Source of the DNA: an uncultured Rubrivivax sp.
GTDB lineage: Bacteria; Pseudomonadota; Gammaproteobacteria; Burkholderiales; Burkholderiaceae_C
Assembly: GCA_964475695.1 (NCBI GenBank)
Contig: CAYYYC010000001.1
Span: forward strand, 2,888 to 44,897
Length of the DNA: 42,010 nucleotides
Reading direction: 5' to 3'
In this document: positions 18,048 through 25,773 of the stretch, in pieces
How positions within the stretch are numbered: position 1 is the stretch's first letter
How the letters are laid out: each line of letters starts with the position of its first letter
Program-made: the position numbers and the translations under genes
Notes under the pieces: model-generated
What the model was told of the DNA's origin: nothing
The model's database searches: none
What the model saw: only the letters and a program-made list of their open reading frames with translations

Positions 18048-19322
18048 ATGAACCTCCAGAGCATTCGACTGGCCGTCATCGGCCTTGGCTATGTCGGCCT
18101 GCCGCTGGCCGTGGAATTCGGCAACCAGAGGCCGGTCGTCGGATTCGACATCTGCGAGCGTCGGGTGCGCGAGATCAACGATGGACAAGACTCCACTGGC
18201 GAGATCCCCGAGGAGGCAATCCGACGCTCCACGGGGCTGGTCTGCACCCACCGGCCGGATGATCTGAGGCCCTGCAACTGCTACATCATTGCGGTGCCCA
18301 CACCCGTGGACCGGCACAAGAGGCCAGACCTCTCAGCCCTGATCAGCGCAAGCCGGACGGTGGCTCAAGTGCTCAAGCCAGGGGACATCGTGATCTATGA
18401 GTCGACGGTCTATCCAGGCTGCACGGAAGAGGATTGCGTTCCCGTCCTGGAGCAGAAGTCCGGGCTGAAGTTCAACCGCGACTTCTTTTGCGGCTACAGC
18501 CCGGAGCGTGTCAATCCCGGCGATCGGGAACGCCCCATTTCCAGCATCACCAAGATCACCTCGGGTTCGACCGCCGAAATCGCCGATCTCGTCGATGGCC
18601 TGTACCGGCAGATCATCAGCGCCGGCACCCACAGGGCCGAGAGCATCCGGATTGCCGAGGCCGCCAAGGTGATCGAGAACGCCCAGCGGGACCTCAACAT
18701 TGCCTTCGTCAACGAGGTCTCACACATCCTGAGTCGAATGGGGATCGACACCGAGGCGGTTCTTCGCGCCGCATCCACCAAGTGGAACTTCATGAAGCTG
18801 CAGCCGGGTTTGGTGGGCGGGCACTGCATCGGCGTCGATCCCTACTACCTGATCCACAAGGCCCACGCCGTAGGCTACACACCCGAGGTGATGCTGGCGG
18901 GCCGGCGGGTGAACGAACGAATGGGCGCCCATGTGGCGGATCGGCTCATCGATGCGCTGCGGGATCGAGGCCTGGAACTCGACGAAGCCCGGGTGTTGGT
19001 GCTGGGGCTCGCCTTCAAGGAGAACTGCTCCGACCAACGAAACACCCGGGTCGCCGACATCGTCCAGGGGCTGTGCGCCAAGGGCTGCCAGGTGGATGTG
19101 TTTGATCCCTGGGTCACCCGCGGCATCGGTCATCAGGACCACGGCATCCTGCCCGTCAGTGCCCCGGAAACCGGAGCCTATGACGCGATCGTCGTGGCAG
19201 TGGCCCACCGTCAGTTCAAGGAGATGGGCTTGACCGGCATTCGGCGGTTCGGCAAGGAAAAGGCGCTGATCTACGACCTGAAATATGTCCTGCCGGCCGC
19301 ACAGGCCGACTTGAGGCTGTGA
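18048..19322 (+). CDS. tviB: UDP-N-acetylhexosamine 6-dehydrogenase (TviB/WbpO-type nucleotide-sugar dehydrogenase)
   Basis: Rossmann N-terminus RLAVIGLGYVGLPLAVEFG...VVGFDI...R...INDGQDSTGE. Catalytic region GLVGGHCIGVDPYYL. 424 aa. Confidence 0.75.
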   Translation: MNLQSIRLAVIGLGYVGLPLAVEFGNQRPVVGFDICERRVREINDGQDSTGEIPEEAIRRSTGLVCTHRPDDLRPCNCYIIAVPTPVDRHKRPDLSALISASRTVAQVLKPGDIVIYESTVYPGCTEEDCVPVLEQKSGLKFNRDFFCGYSPERVNPGDRERPISSITKITSGSTAEIADLVDGLYRQIISAGTHRAESIRIAEAAKVIENAQRDLNIAFVNEVSHILSRMGIDTEAVLRAASTKWNFMKLQPGLVGGHCIGVDPYYLIHKAHAVGYTPEVMLAGRRVNERMGAHVADRLIDALRDRGLELDEARVLVLGLAFKENCSDQRNTRVADIVQGLCAKGCQVDVFDPWVTRGIGHQDHGILPVSAPETGAYDAIVVAVAHRQFKEMGLTGIRRFGKEKALIYDLKYVLPAAQADLRL

Positions 19323-19372
19323 GCCCCAACAGGAAGAAGCAATGCATCGAGTTCAGGCTGCAATCCGATCGA

Positions 19373-19765
19373 TCAGCGCTTCCGCCCGTCGGGCGCTCCC
19401 TCATGGTTCAGGACATGGTCAATCACGCGAAGGAGTTCCTCGTCACTCGCACGTCGCGGGTCACAGGGGCTCATCCGAATCGGCGCGTAGTTGCCGACAG
19501 CGCCGCCACGCAGCCTTTGAACCAGCAACGCACGCTCTTCAGGCGCCATTCCACGGTTGTTCTTGGCAATTTCCTGAAACGAGGGACCTATCCATGGGCG
19601 GTCCGACCTGTGGCACATCAGACAGCCGGCGCGCCTCATGATCTCATTGACGCGCTCAGTGTCATGCGAATTCCCGCCTGCCGCCCCCGCCGTCATCCAC
19701 GGGATCATGCATGCAGCAGTGAACGAGGCGGTGATTCGTGCGGCGGGAAGGAATTTCATGCTCAT
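19373..19765 (-). CDS. Small periplasmic c-type cytochrome (c551/c552-like)
   Basis: Signal-like N-terminus. Single haem motif GCLMCH followed by the c551-like pattern WIGPSFQEIA ... GGAVGNYAPIRMSP (distal Met candidate). The start may be ATG 19765 or ATG 19759. Confidence 0.7.
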   Translation of the reverse strand: MSMKFLPAARITASFTAACMIPWMTAGAAGGNSHDTERVNEIMRRAGCLMCHRSDRPWIGPSFQEIAKNNRGMAPEERALLVQRLRGGAVGNYAPIRMSPCDPRRASDEELLRVIDHVLNHEGAPDGRKR

Positions 19766-19795
19766 GGAGTGCCAAGCATCGCCGACCCAGTCGCT

Positions 19796-21409
19796 TCAGA
19801 TTCTGAGCACCTGCAACAGAACCACGATTTCCGAACTCAGTCTCTCAGAGGAGCGCGAACCCAGGCCCAGCCAGCCCCTTTGACGGCTTTCGGTTTGGCT
19901 TGACTCGTTCAGCCCACCCAACATCAGCACTTCGCCCGAGCGGGCCACGACATCGGTTCTGAAGGCCCTGCGCAGCTTGGTGGGCGTGCTCGACAAGCCT
20001 GTCTCCGTCTTGGCGAAAGAGGAAATCTCCTGCCAGATCATCAGCCGAATAGACTCGTTGAGGATGTTGGGACTGACATTCAGCAGCACGCCGGCGCTCT
20101 GATAAGCCACGCTTTGCTGCACAGCCCCGCTGAAGGTGATGATGGAGCCCAAGGTTGGCGTGTCGGTGCCGATGGTCACCGATGCGGTGCTCCCATCGGC
20201 AACCCGAAGGGTCGGACTCGAAACCAGGCGCACCCGGCTGTCTCCGGTCAACCGCGAAATGGCCAGAGACATGTCTCGTCCGCCCAGGAAGATCCGGTTC
20301 AGCTCGGACGGCACGACGCCAATGTCGATGGTGAGCCGTTCCGACAGGAGATTCATCAGCAGCTGAACCGCGCCGCTTTGGCTGTGTTGATCGCGCACCT
20401 CCAACACATACATCCTCAACTGGACTTCGGGCAACGGAATGTCGACGCGTTCCATGAAGGCCTGGAGCTGTGCAATGTCCCTCGGCAAGCCCCTCACGAT
20501 CAGAAATGAAGGGTCGCCGATGCCCGCAGCGGATCCGGTGAAGGTGGACGTGTTGTAGCTGGCGGTCGTGGAAGGCGTCAGAGTCCCCAGGCCAGGGAAG
20601 GCAGCCCCCCCGGCGGACGGTGATGGGCCCCACGATTCATTGGCAGGCCACCCGGAGGATGGGTTGGCCATTGAACTGGCCGGCTGCATCAAGCCGGAGC
20701 CCGATGTCGGATCCGACCCATGGGATCGAGGCGATGCCACCGGCGCATAGATGAAGCGAAGCCTCGGAAAGTTCGGAAAGTAAGGCGCCAGGCTGTGGAT
20801 GGGCCGATTCCTTGGTGAGTACACCCAGGTCTCTTGCTGATCCTCCGCCGGATCAAGTTCACGACGCAACTGGATGATGGTCACGCCCGAGGACTCGACC
20901 ATCTCCAGTCCAAGGTTCTGCAGGACCAGCCGGACCAATTCCTGCGGGTCCGCGAGCTCAGCGCCCGCAAGGTCACCAATGAGGCCGATGGGCTTGTCCG
21001 CGAGTCCAGGCATCAACAGGTAGGGCCTGTCGGACGTGCGTCCCAGGGTTCGCTTGAGAAACTCGGGCAGGCTGATCGGTTCTGGCGCCGCGACACGGGG
21101 AGGGCGTCCACCCGCCCCATTGGGCGCAGGGACTGAAGCAGCAGGTGCACTGCCCGGCTTTTGTGCCGTGGCAGGCGCGCCAACGGGAGCGGCGGAACCC
21201 CGCGCGGCCGCAGGAAGTGCCGGCTGGGTTCGCACGACCCACCAGGCCGGGGGTGGGGGAGGCGTATTGACGGGTTGTGGCGGTGCGGTAGTGATCTCCG
21301 GTCGTGCGGATTCGCTGGCTGTCAACAGCATCATCAGGACCAATGCCGCAACCCCTCCCGCCTTGATTTGCGGCCGACCGCCAAGGCACTTTTCAGGGCA
21401 GATTGACAT
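19796..21409 (-). CDS. Secretin-family outer-membrane channel with minimal (N0 + one ring domain + secretin) architecture
   Basis: C-terminal secretin domain: VRLVSSPTLRVADGSTASVTIG, VAYQSAGVLLNVSPNI, RTDVVARSGEVLMLGGL, EIVVLLQV. N3-like element FLIVRGLPRDIAQLQAFMERVD...EVQLRMYVLEV. Start is uncertain: ATG 21409 gives a signal-like peptide, ATG 21433 has a GGGG SD-like upstream. Confidence 0.7.
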   Translation of the reverse strand: MSICPEKCLGGRPQIKAGGVAALVLMMLLTASESARPEITTAPPQPVNTPPPPPAWWVVRTQPALPAAARGSAAPVGAPATAQKPGSAPAASVPAPNGAGGRPPRVAAPEPISLPEFLKRTLGRTSDRPYLLMPGLADKPIGLIGDLAGAELADPQELVRLVLQNLGLEMVESSGVTIIQLRRELDPAEDQQETWVYSPRNRPIHSLAPYFPNFPRLRFIYAPVASPRSHGSDPTSGSGLMQPASSMANPSSGWPANESWGPSPSAGGAAFPGLGTLTPSTTASYNTSTFTGSAAGIGDPSFLIVRGLPRDIAQLQAFMERVDIPLPEVQLRMYVLEVRDQHSQSGAVQLLMNLLSERLTIDIGVVPSELNRIFLGGRDMSLAISRLTGDSRVRLVSSPTLRVADGSTASVTIGTDTPTLGSIITFSGAVQQSVAYQSAGVLLNVSPNILNESIRLMIWQEISSFAKTETGLSSTPTKLRRAFRTDVVARSGEVLMLGGLNESSQTESRQRGWLGLGSRSSERLSSEIVVLLQVLRI

Positions 21410-22331
21410 GAACGGCCAGATCAGCAGGACCATACTGACCCCGACTGTCCAATGCGAGCACCGCACGCCGGAAGTGGACGGTTCGCTGCGGCATGGTCAT
21501 GTCCCACGGATTCAGGTTGGTCCAGTGATAGATGCCATGCTTGATGTAGGGCTGAGCCGTCGGGGTGTTGTAGCCGACGGGGCCGCTGTAGTTCACGACA
21601 GGCTGGCCATTGATCCATGTTTGAAGGCGTGGGCTTGCCGCCGCTTGGGTCGAGACAAGCGCGCGGGTCACGAAGGTCAGCCATGTGTTGGGTGGCCAGC
21701 CATTGCTGCTCCACAGCACGCGAGTGACGGTGGTGTTTCGGCTGGGCGTGGTCGCCGTGTCGTAACGCATGACCAGCCGCATCTGTGGTCCGCGAACCAG
21801 AAGGCTGTAGATGGGCTGCAGCCCTGTGGTGTCTCCTGCATGCCACTGCATGAGTTGCTGCTCATCGGTGGTCTTTCGCCAGTCTGGAATCTGGATCGCA
21901 AAGGCATGCCAGAAGACCTTGCCGATCGGCAGTCCAGTGGCCCCTGGGCTGAAGGTGGTTTCGCACCGAGGCGCTCCTGCCGTGGGAGGGTCTGAAGGAA
22001 TGACCGTCATGCGCAGTGACACACGACCGGCTTCGGATGGATCCGGTGCCCGGCCGAATCGAAGAGTTCCGCCCAGAGGAAGCACGGATCCGTTGATTCC
22101 TCCCTCAGCCAGCTTTGCCATCGGGACAAAGAGTCCGTAGCACTGGGCAACGCCCCATGGCTGCAGACTGAATGGCGCCGAGGGAATGAGCTGTACGACG
22201 ATGTCTTCCCGCATCAGAGTGGCAGATTGGACAGCAACAGGGACCCACATCAGGGGCGCCGTGACGAGCATCGTCGCTGCCGCGCGGAATATCGAGTCTC
22301 CGCAGGAGATCTTTCGCCGAAGAAACTTCAT
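21393..22331 (-). CDS. Secreted concanavalin-fold polysaccharide-lyase-like protein (PF14099 / heparinase-I-like)
   Basis: ATG at 22331 is preceded by GAGGGG 6 nt upstream. Signal-like N-terminus. The lyase-family pattern is read by eye: RCETTF, FWHAFAIQIP, QLMQWHAGD, WLTFVTRALV, LQTWINGQPV, PYIKHGIYHW, VHFRRAVL. Confidence 0.5.
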   Translation of the reverse strand: MKFLRRKISCGDSIFRAAATMLVTAPLMWVPVAVQSATLMREDIVVQLIPSAPFSLQPWGVAQCYGLFVPMAKLAEGGINGSVLPLGGTLRFGRAPDPSEAGRVSLRMTVIPSDPPTAGAPRCETTFSPGATGLPIGKVFWHAFAIQIPDWRKTTDEQQLMQWHAGDTTGLQPIYSLLVRGPQMRLVMRYDTATTPSRNTTVTRVLWSSNGWPPNTWLTFVTRALVSTQAAASPRLQTWINGQPVVNYSGPVGYNTPTAQPYIKHGIYHWTNLNPWDMTMPQRTVHFRRAVLALDSRGQYGPADLAVHVNLP

Positions 22332-22436
22332 GGGTAACCCCTCGGATAGTCGAAGCATGATCCACGAGACGCTTCAGCGCGGGTTGAGAGGTCTCAATCT
22401 CCCGGGAGCCGAATGTCCACCGCCCCATCGAATCGA

Positions 22437-23453
22437 TCAACCGCCGAAGCCGTTGGGGTTGAGGGACTGCCAGCGCCAGGCATCCCGCAGCATCTCATCC
22501 AGACCTCGCATGGCTTTCCAGCCCAACTCTCTTTGCGCCTTGGTGGGATCAGCGTGGCATATCGCGATGTCTCCAGGTCGGCGCGGCGCCATTCGGCAGG
22601 CCACGGTCCTCCCGCTGACGGCTTCGAAGGCAGCCACCATCTCCAGCACGCTGTAGCCTCTGCCGGTGCCCAGGTTCCACACATGGACGCCGCACTGGCG
22701 TTGCAACGCCTGCAAGGCGCGCAGGTGGCCCTCAGCCAGGTCCATCACATGGATGTAGTCGCGCACCCCAGTGCCGTCCGGCGTCGGATAGTCGTGGCCG
22801 AACACCGTCAGCGCGGGCACCGCCCCCGCGGCAACCCGGGCAATGCAAGGTAACAGGTTGTTGGGGATGCCCTTGGGGTCTTCGCCGATCAGCCCGCTTT
22901 CATGGGCGCCGACCGGGTTGAAATATCGCAGGATGGCGACACGCCAGCGCGGATCAGACCGAGCCAGATCGCTGAGCATGTCCTCCACCACAAGCTTGGT
23001 TCGGCCATAGGGGTTGGTTGGCCTGCCCACGGGACATGTCTCCGAAATGGGCATCTGTACTGCATCTCCATAAACCGTGGCCGAGGAACTGAAGACAACG
23101 CGGAACACACCCGCATCGGCTGCGGCCTCAAGCAGCACTTGGCTCCCGTGGACATTGCTGCCGTAGTAGCGCATCGGGTGGGCAATGCTTTCTCCGACAG
23201 CCTTCAGCCCGGCAAAGTGCAGCACGGCATCGATGGAGTACACCGCAAACAATCGGCGCAGCAGTGCGGAATCGCGGATGTCTCCCTCAATGAAGACAAG
23301 ATCCCGCTCCGCAAGCCGGGACACTCGAGTGATCGACTCGCGCGAACTGTTGCAGAGACTGTCCAGAACGACCATCTCGATGCCCGCCTGCAGCAGGCAC
23401 AAGGCCGTGTGCGAGCCAATGTAGCCTGCCCCACCTGTCAGCAATACCCGCAT
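22437..23453 (-). CDS. galE: UDP-glucose (or UDP-HexNAc) 4-epimerase
   Basis: Internal ATG at 23453 gives MRVLLTGGAGYIGSHT. The YxxxK region is PYGRTKLVVEDML. 338 aa, typical of GalE. Confidence 0.85.
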   Translation of the reverse strand: MRVLLTGGAGYIGSHTALCLLQAGIEMVVLDSLCNSSRESITRVSRLAERDLVFIEGDIRDSALLRRLFAVYSIDAVLHFAGLKAVGESIAHPMRYYGSNVHGSQVLLEAAADAGVFRVVFSSSATVYGDAVQMPISETCPVGRPTNPYGRTKLVVEDMLSDLARSDPRWRVAILRYFNPVGAHESGLIGEDPKGIPNNLLPCIARVAAGAVPALTVFGHDYPTPDGTGVRDYIHVMDLAEGHLRALQALQRQCGVHVWNLGTGRGYSVLEMVAAFEAVSGRTVACRMAPRRPGDIAICHADPTKAQRELGWKAMRGLDEMLRDAWRWQSLNPNGFGG

Positions 23454-23506
23454 CGCCCACGGCCTGAAGAAAAGCGCGAGCCTGTCACCCCGGGAAGCCT
23501 TGGGGC

Positions 23507-23525
23507 TTGAGGAGGCTCTCCTCAA
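23507..23525. promoter_or_regulatory. 19-nt inverted repeat TTGAGGAG-gct-CTCCTCAA in the divergent galE / OM-barrel intergenic region (candidate operator or RNA hairpin)
   Basis: Perfect 8-bp arms with a 3-nt spacer, read directly. It lies 54-72 nt upstream of galE ATG 23453 and 67-85 nt upstream of ATG 23592. Confidence 0.25.
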
Positions 23526-23591
23526 CGCGGGAAAGACGCCCCGAATTCGATACGATCTCCTGGCTTGCGGGATTCGACTCAAGGAGCTTTG

Positions 23592-24254
23592 ATGCATCAC
23601 TCGCCAACACGCAGCCTGTCGATGGCTTGCGTCATCCTCGGGATCTGCCTTTGGGCTCCGGCCCACGCCGGCCGGCCTCTCACGGTGGACGACGCCGGCA
23701 CCAATGCCCAGGGCCAGGGCCATGTGGAAGCCTGGTTCGGGCGCATGCCGGGCCATTCCAACACCTGGAACCTGTCGCCCGCCTACGCCCCTGCCGAAGG
23801 CCTTGAGTTCTCAGCGCTGGTGATGCGCGATGGCACCCAGCGCGCCGACGCCCAGGCGCTGCAGGTCAAGTGGCTGCTCAACCCGCAATCCGATGAGGGC
23901 TGCAACAGTGCCGTCGTGGTGGGCACAGCCTGGGCCCGATCGTCGGGCGCGGCGCAGTCCACCCCCTACCTCAACGGCCTGCTGAGCTGCCGCAGCGGTT
24001 CCTGGGCCGCTCACGCCAACCTCGGCGGCCAGAAGCCTCAGGGGCAGCCCACGACACCCACCTGGGGACTGGCGCTGGAGAAGGCCTTGGGCAAGGTCAC
24101 TGCCCATGCAGAGGCCTTCGGCGAGCGCCATGGCAGGCCGACGCGACAGGTGGGCCTGCGCGGCGACCTGCGCCCCGGCCTGCAGCTCGACGGCACGCTC
24201 GGCCGGGGCCAGGGCTTTGCCGTGTACAGCCTGGGGATCAAACAGTCGTTTTGA
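23592..24254 (+). CDS. Small outer-membrane beta-barrel protein (MetA-pathway/'transporter' PF13557-like)
   Basis: AAGGAG lies 5 nt upstream of ATG 23592. Signal peptide ending APAHA. RPLTVDDAGTNAQGQGHVEAWF resembles the family N-terminus. C-terminal ...YSLGIKQSF ends in Phe. Confidence 0.45.
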   Translation: MHHSPTRSLSMACVILGICLWAPAHAGRPLTVDDAGTNAQGQGHVEAWFGRMPGHSNTWNLSPAYAPAEGLEFSALVMRDGTQRADAQALQVKWLLNPQSDEGCNSAVVVGTAWARSSGAAQSTPYLNGLLSCRSGSWAAHANLGGQKPQGQPTTPTWGLALEKALGKVTAHAEAFGERHGRPTRQVGLRGDLRPGLQLDGTLGRGQGFAVYSLGIKQSF

Positions 24255-24328
24255 CGCAGCGCGGAAACACGGGGGCCTTCCGGCGCAGTGCGCCTTCACC
24301 AAGCCAACACCAGAGGCAGGGCGGCCAG

Positions 24329-24347
24329 GCACGCCATGCCGGCGTGC
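24329..24347 (+). terminator. Hairpin GCACGCC-atgcc-GGCGTGC about 75 nt downstream of the small OM-barrel gene
   Basis: 7-bp GC-rich stem with a 5-nt loop, read directly. No following T-run. Confidence 0.2.
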
Positions 24348-24525
24348 ACGATCAATCGATCCGGGTCGGTGTAGAGAGATTGCAGGACTTTCAATTCGGG
24401 CCTCCTGGGTCTGCGGTGGCTCCAGTGTCACGGCCCAGGGGCTCATGGAATGAGCCACCGCTGGCCGGCACAGACCCTGTGCGCCAGATTCCTATACTGA
24501 GCCCCGACCCTCACGAAAGACGGCC

Positions 24526-25773
24526 ATGGCCCTGAACATCATCTGGATTGCCTTCATCCTCGTGGGCTTTGCCGTGGCGGCGTTCAAGGTCGCCATGGGC
24601 CAGACGGCCCTCTTCGGGCAGATGCTCACCGGGCTGTTCGACATGGCCAAGACGGGCTTTGACATCTCGCTGGGCCTGGTGGGCGTGATGACCTTGTGGC
24701 TCGGGATCATGAAGATCGGCGAGCAGGCGGGCGTGATCGAAGTCTTCGCCCGGGGCGTGGCGCCTTTCTTTCGCCGGATCTTTCCCGGGATCCCCCCGGG
24801 ACATCCGGCCAGCGGCAGCATCGCCATGAATGCCTCGGCCAACATGCTGGGCCTGGACAACGCGGCCACGCCGCTGGGCCTCAAGGCCATGCGCGAGCTG
24901 CAGGAGATCAACCCGGACAAGAGCACCGCCTCCAACCCGATGATCATGTTCCTGGTGCTCAACACCGCGGGGATCACGCTGATTCCCACGTCGGTGATCG
25001 CCATCCGCCAAAGCCTGGCCGTGGAGCAGGGGCTGGCCAACTTCAATGGCGCCGACATCTTCCTGCCCACACTCATCGGCACCTTCATCTCCTTTGCCGC
25101 CGGGCTGCTGGCAGTGGCCTGGGTTCAACGCATCAACCTGCTGTGTGCGCCGGTGCTGGCCTTCTTCGGCGGCTTTGCCGCGCTGATGGCGGCACTCTTC
25201 CTCTGGCTCAACGGCCTGCCGGCCGCAGAGATGACCACTGCCATCGCCGTGCTGGGCAGCGGCATCATCCTGGCCATCATCGTGCTGTTCGTGGCCGCAG
25301 GCGCAGTGCGGAGGATCAATGTCTACGAGGCCTTCGTGGATGGGGCCAAGGAAGGCTTCGGCGTGGCCGTTCAGATCATTCCCTACCTGGTGGCGATGCT
25401 GGCGGCCATCTCGGTCCTTCGCACCAGCGGGTGCATGGACCTGATCGTGCAGGGCATCGGTGCGGGCGTGCGGGCCCTGGGCCTGGACGACCAGTTCGTG
25501 CCGGCCTTGCCGGTGGGCCTGATGAAGACGATGTCAGGCAGTGGGGCACGCGGCCTGATGGTCGATGTGCTGAAGACCTACGGCGTCGATTCCTTCGAGG
25601 GGCGGCTGGCCAGCATCATCCAGGGCTCCACTGAAACCACCTTCTATGTGCTGGCGGTCTACTTCGGCAGTGTCGGAATCAAGAAGACCCGGCATGCGCT
25701 GGGCTGCGCTCTCACCGCCGATGCGGTGGGCCTGGTGGGGGCGATTGTCGTGGGCTACGCCTTCTACGGCTGA
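24526..25773 (+). CDS. Nucleoside-recognition (Gate) domain membrane protein, fused SpmA/SpmB-like
   Basis: 415 aa and polytopic. N-terminus MALNIIWIAFILVGF and the internal repeat organisation resemble SpmA+SpmB fusion proteins. Confidence 0.55.
   Translation: MALNIIWIAFILVGFAVAAFKVAMGQTALFGQMLTGLFDMAKTGFDISLGLVGVMTLWLGIMKIGEQAGVIEVFARGVAPFFRRIFPGIPPGHPASGSIAMNASANMLGLDNAATPLGLKAMRELQEINPDKSTASNPMIMFLVLNTAGITLIPTSVIAIRQSLAVEQGLANFNGADIFLPTLIGTFISFAAGLLAVAWVQRINLLCAPVLAFFGGFAALMAALFLWLNGLPAAEMTTAIAVLGSGIILAIIVLFVAAGAVRRINVYEAFVDGAKEGFGVAVQIIPYLVAMLAAISVLRTSGCMDLIVQGIGAGVRALGLDDQFVPALPVGLMKTMSGSGARGLMVDVLKTYGVDSFEGRLASIIQGSTETTFYVLAVYFGSVGIKKTRHALGCALTADAVGLVGAIVVGYAFYG

Noticed and set aside
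19796-21466. Secretin as part of an integrated filamentous prophage (pIV)
   Set aside because: The minimal architecture is pIV-like. However, no Zot/pI-type assembly ATPase, coat, replication or integrase genes flank it. The neighbours are a lyase-like gene and a cytochrome.
24380-24420. tRNA-like T-loop (ttcaattcg) in the 271-nt spacer
   Set aside because: The flanks do not form a T-stem or an acceptor stem, and no cloverleaf can be drawn.
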